From contig CAZVVG010000003.1 of assembly GCA_964630615.1 (NCBI GenBank), forward strand, positions 1-38,180: a stretch of 38,180 nucleotides of DNA. Direction: 5' to 3'. Origin of the DNA: an uncultured Bdellovibrionales bacterium (GTDB taxonomy: Bacteria > Patescibacteriota > Minisyncoccia > Moranbacterales > UBA2206). Under the pieces are notes generated by a model, which had not been told where the DNA came from, did no database searches, and was given only the letters and a program-made list of their open reading frames with translations. Below are positions 31,101-38,180 of the stretch, piece by piece. A program made the translations under genes and the position numbers. Position 1 is the stretch's first letter; the number at the start of each line of letters is the position of its first letter.

Positions 31101-33743
31101 CTAGGCGATTTTTCTCAAATTTTCCCGGAGCTCTTTCTGGATTGCCAGTCGACCTTGATAATCGGCAAGTTTTTGACGATTATCTTCCACTATTCTGGGA
31201 GGAGCATTTTTCAGGAAATTAGGATTTTTTAAAAGCGCTTGACCTTGGGTTATCAAATTTTCATAATTCCTAATCTCCTTTCCTAGGCAAAGCAATTCTT
31301 TTTCAAGGTCAATGATTTCTGCTAGATCTATTTTAAGCAAAAATCCTGGCGCAGCAATTTCATAAAGTCTCTTGCCTTTTTTGGGTTTTTCCGTCTCTAT
31401 TTTTACCCTGGCCAGCTTTTCAATTATTTCGGCTTCGGCCGTTCTTAGTGAATAAGCCACTAATGTTTTAGCGGGATTGATATGGTAATTAGAGCGAACG
31501 ACACGAAGTTTGGAAATAATTTCTTGCAATTGATTAAACTTTTTTTCCGACTGAATGTTTAGGAATTTTTTATCAACCGTTGGCCACTTTTTCACAATCA
31601 AGAAGTCCTGCGGTTCTTTTTTAAGATAGGCATAGATCTTTTCCGTGACAAACGGGATAAAAGGGTGCCAAAGAGACAGAATTCTTTCCAAAACATAGTT
31701 CAAAACGGCCGCGTTAGGTTTTAATTTACTTATTTCCAAATACCAATCGGCAAAATCATTCCAGGTAAAATCTTTTAATTTTTCTCCAACTAAGGAAAAT
31801 TTATAATTTTCTAGATCTTGGCTTACCTCTTTAATTAAAACGTTTATTTTGGAGAGAATCCATTGATCAGCCAAACTAAGCCCAGAAAGATTTTTTTGTT
31901 TTTTTGAAGCGCTTTGTGTAATGACAAACCGAGAGATGTTCCAAAGTTTTGTGACAAAATTTCGATAGCTGATAATTTTTTCTTCGCTTAAGTTCAGGTC
32001 GTTTCCCGGAGTGGAACCCATGACTAAGGATAAGCGCGTCGTGTCAGTTCCGAATTTTTTACAGCTGTCCAAGGGATCAATGGAATTACCTAAAGATTTG
32101 CTCATTTTTCTTCCCTGTTCATCCCGGATTAATCCGTGCAGATAGACATCTTTAAAGGGAAGGTCGCGGGTAGTGTAGGTGGTCATAAGAATCATCCGTG
32201 CAACCCAGAAAAAAAGAATGTCATAACCGGTTTCCAGAACGGAAGTGGGATGAAAAATTTGGAAATCCTCACTTTTTATTTCCAGCCTCCCCTTTTTAAG
32301 ACCAACTTGAGCAGGGTTGCGAATCAGAGTTGAAAAAGTCCAAAGACCGGAAGAAAACCAGGTGTCAAGCGTGTCTTCATCCCGTTTCCAGCCGTTACCG
32401 GGTGGCATTTCAGTTCCCACGAAGATCTCACCTTTTCGGTACCAAACGGGAATCTGGTGGCCAAACCAAATTTGGCGACTGATGCACCAATCCTGAAGAT
32501 TGTTCATCCAGTGAAAATAATTTTTCTCAAAGCGAGGAGGTATAATTTTTATTCTTTTTCTATCGAAAATTCCCTTTTTAACCGCCTCCAGGGAAAGCTC
32601 TTTGAGGCTTTTTTTTAGTTTAGGTATTTTTTTATTGACATCGATGAACCACTGGAGGCTAGGCAAGGGCTCAATCGGAGTTTCGCAGCGGTAACATAAA
32701 GAAAGGTTATTCTCAAGTTCCTCTTCTTTTTCCAGCAACTTATTTTTTTTCAGTTCAGTTAAAATCATTTCCCTGGCCAGGTGAACCTCTTGTCTTGAAT
32801 ATTTTCCAAAGCCAGGGTGGATTTTTCCATCTTCATCAATGACCTTGATGATTTCCAAATCATTTTCCTTAGCCATTTTCCAGTCAAGGGCGGAATGAGC
32901 CGGAGTGACTCCCAAAGCGCCCGTTCCAAAATCCATGGCGACCGCCCGATCGGCAATAACCTTTATTTTTAGTGGAAGACCGACAAAATTAACTTTAAAA
33001 ATCCGGCCAAGATATTTTTTATACCGGGGATCCTTGGGATTGACTGCGACCGCCGTGTCGCCCAGTTTAGTTTCCGGCCGGGTAGTGGAAATTAAAAAAG
33101 GAAAATCCGGACTATACCGGAAAGTGTAAAATTTGGCTCTCTGCGGCCGGTATTCTATTTCGTCATCAGCCAGGGTGGAATGACAACGGGGACACCAATT
33201 GACAATGCGGTTTCCGCGGTAAATCAATCCGTCTTCATACATCAGCTTAAAAACCAGATTAACAACCTTGTTTCGGGTTTCATCAAAAGTGTAAGCCTCC
33301 CGTGACCAATCGCAGGAAGCCCCCATTTTTTTGATTTGCTCCTTGATTGTGGCGTGCGACTGGTCGGCGAAAGCCACCACCCTTTTGAGAAAATTTTCTC
33401 TGCCGAGCTTATGACGAGTCAAGCCTTCTTCCAAAAGCAGCTTTTCCACTTTGTTCTGGGTGGCAATAGCGGCGTGATCGCTGCCTGGAACCCAAAGAGT
33501 GCGCTCGCCTTTCATCCGGTGATAACGGGTAAGGATGTCTTCAATAACCAGAGTCAGTGCGTGTCCCATATGCAGAGTTCCGGTCCGGTTGGGTGGCGGC
33601 ATCATTATTGAATAAGCCGGAGCTGTTTTTTTGATTAGACCCTTTTTCAAACAAATATCCGGATTAAAAAATCCGCTTTCTTGCCAAAAAGCGTAAATTT
33701 TTTTCTCTTCCTCTGGATTATATTGCTTGGGAATTTTTTCCAT
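31101..33743 (-). CDS. valS: Valyl-tRNA synthetase
   Basis: 880 aa. PPPNRTGTLHMGHAL (HIGH), KMSKSLGN (KMSKS), an editing domain and a C-terminal coiled coil. Confidence 0.95.
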   Translation of the reverse strand: MEKIPKQYNPEEEKKIYAFWQESGFFNPDICLKKGLIKKTAPAYSIMMPPPNRTGTLHMGHALTLVIEDILTRYHRMKGERTLWVPGSDHAAIATQNKVEKLLLEEGLTRHKLGRENFLKRVVAFADQSHATIKEQIKKMGASCDWSREAYTFDETRNKVVNLVFKLMYEDGLIYRGNRIVNWCPRCHSTLADDEIEYRPQRAKFYTFRYSPDFPFLISTTRPETKLGDTAVAVNPKDPRYKKYLGRIFKVNFVGLPLKIKVIADRAVAMDFGTGALGVTPAHSALDWKMAKENDLEIIKVIDEDGKIHPGFGKYSRQEVHLAREMILTELKKNKLLEKEEELENNLSLCYRCETPIEPLPSLQWFIDVNKKIPKLKKSLKELSLEAVKKGIFDRKRIKIIPPRFEKNYFHWMNNLQDWCISRQIWFGHQIPVWYRKGEIFVGTEMPPGNGWKRDEDTLDTWFSSGLWTFSTLIRNPAQVGLKKGRLEIKSEDFQIFHPTSVLETGYDILFFWVARMILMTTYTTRDLPFKDVYLHGLIRDEQGRKMSKSLGNSIDPLDSCKKFGTDTTRLSLVMGSTPGNDLNLSEEKIISYRNFVTKLWNISRFVITQSASKKQKNLSGLSLADQWILSKINVLIKEVSQDLENYKFSLVGEKLKDFTWNDFADWYLEISKLKPNAAVLNYVLERILSLWHPFIPFVTEKIYAYLKKEPQDFLIVKKWPTVDKKFLNIQSEKKFNQLQEIISKLRVVRSNYHINPAKTLVAYSLRTAEAEIIEKLARVKIETEKPKKGKRLYEIAAPGFLLKIDLAEIIDLEKELLCLGKEIRNYENLITQGQALLKNPNFLKNAPPRIVEDNRQKLADYQGRLAIQKELRENLRKIA

Positions 33744-33748
33744 TTTAA

Positions 33749-36139
33749 TTATTTTCTTAGGATAACTTTTAATTTTTCTTCCAGTTCAGAATTAATTTTC
33801 TCTATCAAAGAATCAACTTCCCGGCTTTCCAAGGTTCTTTGGGAAGAGCCGAAAATAATATGAAAAGCGTAACTGATTTCTCCGTCTTTTTCAAAAATAT
33901 CGAAAAGTTCAATTTCTCGAACCAAATTACCACCGGCCTCACGAATGATTTTCAAAATAGATTCTGCTTGAACCCCTTGGTGGCTGAGCAGAGAAACATC
34001 GCGGACAACTTCCGGAAACTTGCTGATGGATTGGAACTCTTTTTCTTTGGCGGCGACGGAGAAAAGTTTATCTATTGCCAATTCAAAAATCACCACTCTT
34101 TTCTTAATTTCAAAAGCGGCCAAGACAAACGGATTGACTTCTCCCAAAAAACCGATGCTTTCGGGAAACCCTTTAATTTTTATTTCTGCCGTTCGGTTGG
34201 GATGCCAGAAAGCGGCGGGTTTTTCCGGTTTGGCAAAAAAATAATCGGTGATCTTTAGTTTTTGAAACAGCGCCTCTGTTAAGCCTTTCATAAAATAGAA
34301 ACTTTCCGCTTGGGAATCTTTTTCCAGGAGCACGGCCCCCGCGAGCATCTTTTTTTCTTCGGGCAGAACACTCCGACTTTCCCGATAAACATTGCCGATT
34401 TCAAAAAGAGAAAATTCCTTAAAATGCTTGAGATTTTCACGGATATTTTTTAGCAGATTAGGAAGCAGACTGACCCGTAGCAAGAGTTGCTCTGGGTTCA
34501 TTGGATTTTCTAATTCCCAGTGTTTAAGCTGGTCCACTTTTGCCTTTTGAGCTTCCCGGGAACCATAAAAAGAATAATTATAAACCTCATCAAAACCCAA
34601 ACCGGAGAGGACCTCTTTTATTTTTCTTTCAAAAACTTTCTCCGCGTTGATTTTCGCCGGCTTGAGGATTTCTTTTGGCGGCTGAATTTTAATTTTTTCA
34701 TAACCGTACAGCCTTCCAATTTCTTCGATCAGATCTTCCGAGGTTTTAAGATCTAAACGATAGGTTGGAATAATAAACTCGATAATTTTTGAATTTTTAG
34801 TTGGAGTTTTTACTTTTGACTTTTGACCTTTGACTTCAAGAAGATCCAATATTTTGATAATTTCTTTTTTTGAAATAGTCTCTCCCAAAAGTCTCTGAAC
34901 ATAATTTATATCCAATTTTATTTTCCAGGGCTGAACTTTTCGCGGATAAAGATCTTTTCCGCCTTCAACTTCTCCTTGGGCAATTTTCTGGATAATTTCC
35001 ACCAGTCGGTCCATAGCCAAGGAAGCCAGATTGGGATCAATTTCTTTTTCAAAGCGGTCCGAAGCGTCTGTTTTGAGATTGAGTCTCAGGCGGGTCTGAC
35101 GGATGGCCTGAGGATTGAAATTGGCGCTTTCCAGCACCACCGTTTTCGTTTTTACGCTGATTCCACTTTTCATTCCGCCCATAATTCCGGCGATGGCTAA
35201 AGCTTCTTGGTGGTTGGTGATCAGTAAATCATCTTGGGAAAGCCGGATAACCGTTTCGTCCAATAATTTTATTTCCTCTCCCTTTTTTGATCGGCGGACG
35301 ATGATTTCCGCTTGGGAATTTTTCGACTTAATTACTTCATAATCAAAAGCGTGAAGCGGTTGTCCGGTTTCCAACATCACAAAATTGGTCGCGTCCACGA
35401 TATTATTTATCGGACGCAAGCCAGAAGAAAGCAGCTTGGCTTTGAGCCAAAAAGGAGAATCCTTAACCTCAATATTTTCCATTACCACTCCCAAATAGCG
35501 CGAGCACAAATCTTTGTCTTGAATCGTAACCTTTAATTTCTGGGAAGCTTTGAGACGGACCGCTTTTCTTTTGAAAGTGAATTTTCTTCCTTCCAGGGCG
35601 CAAATTTCTCGGGCGAGGCCGATATAGCTCAAAGCGTCATGTCCCCGGTTAGAAAGAACATCAACATTTAAAATAGTGTCTTTAAGGTTCAGGGCCTCTT
35701 CCAAAGAAGCACCGATTTTTGAATTTTCATCTAAAATTAAGATTCCGCTATGATCGCTTCCTAATCCCAGTTCATTTTCCGCGCACAGCATACCGCAAGA
35801 TTTGACACCGCGGATTTCGGTCTCTTTTATTTCCAAGCCATTAGGTAGTCTTGTTCCTACCAAAGCGACTGGCACTTTGTTGCCAATTTTAATATTGGAA
35901 GCTCCGCAAACAATCTCTAATTTTTTTGAGCCGAGAGTGATTTTGACTAGACTAAGCTTGTCTGCGTTTGGATGTTTTTTAATTTCTAGAATTTTCCCCA
36001 CCACAACTTTCTTCAACTCCTCGCCTCTTTTTTCTATTCCCTCTACCTCAAATGACCGCAACATTAAAAGATCGGCTATTTTTTCGGGAACTAATTTGGT
36101 TTGGGACAGCTCCCGTAACCAATTATAGGAATATTTCAT
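33749..36139 (-). CDS. pheT: Phenylalanyl-tRNA synthetase beta subunit
   Basis: 796 aa. MKYSYNWLRE start, a tRNA-binding OB domain, B3/4 and B5 regions, and a C-terminal FDX-ACB-like domain. Confidence 0.95.
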   Translation of the reverse strand: MKYSYNWLRELSQTKLVPEKIADLLMLRSFEVEGIEKRGEELKKVVVGKILEIKKHPNADKLSLVKITLGSKKLEIVCGASNIKIGNKVPVALVGTRLPNGLEIKETEIRGVKSCGMLCAENELGLGSDHSGILILDENSKIGASLEEALNLKDTILNVDVLSNRGHDALSYIGLAREICALEGRKFTFKRKAVRLKASQKLKVTIQDKDLCSRYLGVVMENIEVKDSPFWLKAKLLSSGLRPINNIVDATNFVMLETGQPLHAFDYEVIKSKNSQAEIIVRRSKKGEEIKLLDETVIRLSQDDLLITNHQEALAIAGIMGGMKSGISVKTKTVVLESANFNPQAIRQTRLRLNLKTDASDRFEKEIDPNLASLAMDRLVEIIQKIAQGEVEGGKDLYPRKVQPWKIKLDINYVQRLLGETISKKEIIKILDLLEVKGQKSKVKTPTKNSKIIEFIIPTYRLDLKTSEDLIEEIGRLYGYEKIKIQPPKEILKPAKINAEKVFERKIKEVLSGLGFDEVYNYSFYGSREAQKAKVDQLKHWELENPMNPEQLLLRVSLLPNLLKNIRENLKHFKEFSLFEIGNVYRESRSVLPEEKKMLAGAVLLEKDSQAESFYFMKGLTEALFQKLKITDYFFAKPEKPAAFWHPNRTAEIKIKGFPESIGFLGEVNPFVLAAFEIKKRVVIFELAIDKLFSVAAKEKEFQSISKFPEVVRDVSLLSHQGVQAESILKIIREAGGNLVREIELFDIFEKDGEISYAFHIIFGSSQRTLESREVDSLIEKINSELEEKLKVILRK
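34814..34840 (-). repeat. Triple heptamer repeat (coding strand GTCAAAR x3) inside pheT
   Basis: Plus strand reads ttttgac ttttgac c tttgac ttcaag. It encodes EVKGQKSK. Confidence 0.7.
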
Positions 36140-36143
36140 AGGT

Positions 36144-37196
36144 TTAAAATTGCCTAATAAATCTTAGATCGCCGTTGTGAAAAAGTCGAATATCGTCAAT
36201 TTTATATTTCATCATAGCCAAGCGCTCTAAGCCAAAGCCCCAGGCAAAACCTTGATATTTATTCCGAGGATAACCCGCGGCGACAAAAACCGCCTGGTTG
36301 ACCATCCCGGCGCCACCAATTTCCAACCAACCGGTTTGTTTGCAGGTGCGACAACCTTGGCCACCGCAAACGGTACAACTGATATCAAATTCAAAACTAG
36401 GTTCCGTAAAAGGAAAGAAGCTGGGTCGAAGTCTGACCAACACTTTTTTCTTGAAAAAATTAGAGAAAAATTGCTCCCCAATATACTTGAAATTTCCCAC
36501 GTTAACGTCTTTTCCCACCATCAAAGCTTCAAATTGATAAAAAGTATGCTCGTGCTTAGGATCAGTCGCTTCGCAACGGAAACATTTTCCTGGTGAAATA
36601 ATTCTAAAAGGAGGCCGGTTTTTTTCCATATATCTTACCTGAACCGGTGAAGTGTGAGGTCGCAAAGCCACCCGCTCTTCAACAACTTTCAATCTTTGAC
36701 TTTCGACCCTTGACTTCAACCAGAAAGTATCCCATTTATCCCGGGCGGGATGGTTGGCCGGAATGTTTAAGGCGTCAAAGTTATAAAATTCGGTTTCCAC
36801 TTCCGGTCCTTCAGAAATTTCAAAACCCAAAGAGGAGAAAATGTCTTCAATTTCATTTTGGATTTGAGACAGAAGATGAAGGTGGCCGATTCTAATTTTT
36901 TTTCCTGGCAAAGTTAGGTCGATTCGTTCTTTTTCCCAGTTAAAATTCAGCGTGGCGATTTTTTTCTGGGTTTCTTCCAATGCGTGGAAAATTTCTGCTT
37001 TCACGCCGTTGGCCAGCTGGCCAATTTCCTTTTTTTCCGGCGCGGGTAAATCTTTCAGGCCTTTGAGAATCTCATTCAGAGCGCTTTTGCGGCCCAGGTA
37101 TTTTATCTTTAAGTTTAAAACCTCCCTTTCTTGCGAAGCTTTTTGAATTTCGGCCAAAGCTTGATTTTTAAGCGTGAGGATTTTTTCTGCTAACAT
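36144..37196 (-). CDS. pheS: Phenylalanyl-tRNA synthetase alpha subunit
   Basis: 350 aa. HPARDKWDTFW, RPHTSPVQVR, GGAGMV and FAWGFGLERLAMM class II motifs. Confidence 0.95.
   Translation of the reverse strand: MLAEKILTLKNQALAEIQKASQEREVLNLKIKYLGRKSALNEILKGLKDLPAPEKKEIGQLANGVKAEIFHALEETQKKIATLNFNWEKERIDLTLPGKKIRIGHLHLLSQIQNEIEDIFSSLGFEISEGPEVETEFYNFDALNIPANHPARDKWDTFWLKSRVESQRLKVVEERVALRPHTSPVQVRYMEKNRPPFRIISPGKCFRCEATDPKHEHTFYQFEALMVGKDVNVGNFKYIGEQFFSNFFKKKVLVRLRPSFFPFTEPSFEFDISCTVCGGQGCRTCKQTGWLEIGGAGMVNQAVFVAAGYPRNKYQGFAWGFGLERLAMMKYKIDDIRLFHNGDLRFIRQF
36694..36719 (-). repeat. Near-identical triple heptamer repeat inside pheS, in a different reading frame
   Basis: Plus strand reads ctttgac tttcgac ccttgac ttcaa. 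21 of 23 core positions are identical to the pheT copy. It is read as LKSRVESQ. Confidence 0.7.
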
Positions 37197-37197
37197 T

Positions 37198-38180
37198 TTA
37201 GAAAATTATTTTTATAAAACCAAATTTGCCGATTTTTAAAACCGCGTGATCAGATTCTTTATCTAAAAGTGTTTGCCAATTGGTGATTTTTTCTCCGTTG
37301 ATTTCCACTCCGCCTTGTTCTATTTTCCGACGTGCGTCACTCAAACTCTGGGCGTGCCCGGACTTCACTAAAAGTTCCGTCAGTTTTATATTAAGAGCGT
37401 CCACCCTAAATTCCTGAATATTTTTAGGCAGTTCCTTTTTAGAAAAAGTTTTTACAAAGTAATCCTGGGCCGCCTGAGCCTCTTTGGTGCCCTGATTGAT
37501 TTTAGTAATTTCCAAGGCTAAGCGGAGCTTAAGGTCCCGCGGATTAGTTTTGAGATCCTTAAGGTCCCTCTTAATTTGCTCCACCTCCGGAAGGGACAGA
37601 TTCGTGCAAAGTTCAAAGCCGAGACCGATTAAACTATCCGGCCAGGTCATAATTTGGCCGAACATATTTTCGGCGGTTTCGTCCAGATTAACCACGTTGC
37701 CTTCGGACTTTCCCATTTTCTTTCCTTCCTCATCCGCCAAAAGCTTTAGCGTCAAAACGAATTTATCTTTTCCCCTTAAAGCCTTAAGCAAATCCCGACC
37801 GCAAAGCATATTAAACATTTGGTCGTTGCCTCCAATTTCCAGGTCAACATCCAAAGCGACGCTGTCGTAAGCCTGAACCAAGGGGTATAAAAATTCCGGC
37901 AGATAAATCGGCTTGTCGTTTTTGACCCGCTCCTGAAACATATCCCGCTGGAACATTTGCTGGACGGTAAAATTGGCTCCGATTTCCAAGAGCTTTTCAA
38001 AAGAAAGCTTAGCGTTCCATTCGCTGTTGTAGCGGAGCCGGGCCGGATTGGCTCCGTCAAAATTAAGGTATTTTGAGGCTTGTTTCTGGTAATTTTCGGA
38101 ATTTTTCCGGACTTCTTCCTGGGTTAGTTTTTTCCGGGCGGCAATTTTGCCAGTCGGGTCCCCTATCGTTCCGGTAAAAT
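37198..38180 (-). CDS. tyrS: Tyrosyl-tRNA synthetase, N-terminus beyond the window edge
   Basis: YPLVQAYDS, KMGKS (KMSKS motif) and a C-terminal S4-like domain (LVKSGHAQSLSDARRKIEQGGVEINGEKI). The frame stays open upstream of the track start at 37989 through to 38180. Confidence 0.88.
   Translation of the reverse strand, partial: FTGTIGDPTGKIAARKKLTQEEVRKNSENYQKQASKYLNFDGANPARLRYNSEWNAKLSFEKLLEIGANFTVQQMFQRDMFQERVKNDKPIYLPEFLYPLVQAYDSVALDVDLEIGGNDQMFNMLCGRDLLKALRGKDKFVLTLKLLADEEGKKMGKSEGNVVNLDETAENMFGQIMTWPDSLIGLGFELCTNLSLPEVEQIKRDLKDLKTNPRDLKLRLALEITKINQGTKEAQAAQDYFVKTFSKKELPKNIQEFRVDALNIKLTELLVKSGHAQSLSDARRKIEQGGVEINGEKITNWQTLLDKESDHAVLKIGKFGFIKIIF

Noticed and set aside
1-38180. Looked for CRISPR arrays, tRNAs, transposase/integrase/recombinase genes, reverse transcriptase/DGR repeats, toxin-antitoxin pairs and flanking direct repeats around the GC-rich cassettes
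   Set aside because: I found none by eye. Intergenic regions are short and AT-rich, and I saw no repeat-spacer periodicity. No ORF shows DDE, tyrosine-recombinase or RT motifs. I could not find duplicated target-site-like repeats at the cassette borders, although a computational repeat search could still reveal short ones.

Overview
The window is dense and AT-rich. Hand-counted 60-nt samples give about 30-38% GC for core genes. All coding is on the minus strand except two genes. I had no search tools, so every family call rests on motifs I could read in the translations.

Reading the minus strand from right to left:
- An aminoacyl-tRNA synthetase run: tyrS (partial), pheS, pheT, valS.
- RNase P RNA (rnpB).
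- A polysaccharide assembly module: priming sugar transferase, three GT4-like glycosyltransferases, a Wzz-like protein, a DUF4012-like protein and murJ.
- lepA.
- A division and envelope quality-control block: FtsB-like protein, parvulin PPIase, small ferredoxin, HtrA, a polytopic membrane protein and a second HtrA paralog with all three catalytic residues replaced.
- More glycosyltransferases and an O-antigen-ligase-like protein.
- A second Wzz-like plus DUF4012-like pair.
- A dTDP-rhamnose operon: rfbC, HIT, rfbB, rfbD (partial).

The style (short or overlapping gaps, no Shine-Dalgarno (SD) sites, DUF4012 paralogs) suggests a small-genome, CPR/Patescibacteria-like bacterium. That is inference only.

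The most unusual signal is three self-contained cassettes at 5181-6141, 6327-7353 and 11857-14124.
- They encode four signal-peptide proteins whose families I cannot recognise. One looks like a beta-barrel.
- Their GC is clearly elevated, about 45-58% in sampled lines.
- All four genes have a perfect AGGAGG ribosome-binding site, and each cassette ends in a strong intrinsic terminator. Two of the three also have a consensus sigma70-type promoter; I found none for the lipoprotein cassette.
- None of the roughly 25 surrounding core genes I inspected has an SD motif.

Other observations:
- An in-frame TAA in a Wzz-like gene, followed by 59 open codons.
- A triple-heptamer nucleotide repeat shared by pheS and pheT in different reading frames.
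- A Cys/His-rich insertion in RfbD.
- Candidate leaderless promoters.
- A leader hairpin containing an anti-SD-like sequence.

I saw no CRISPR array, transposase, integrase or tRNA.
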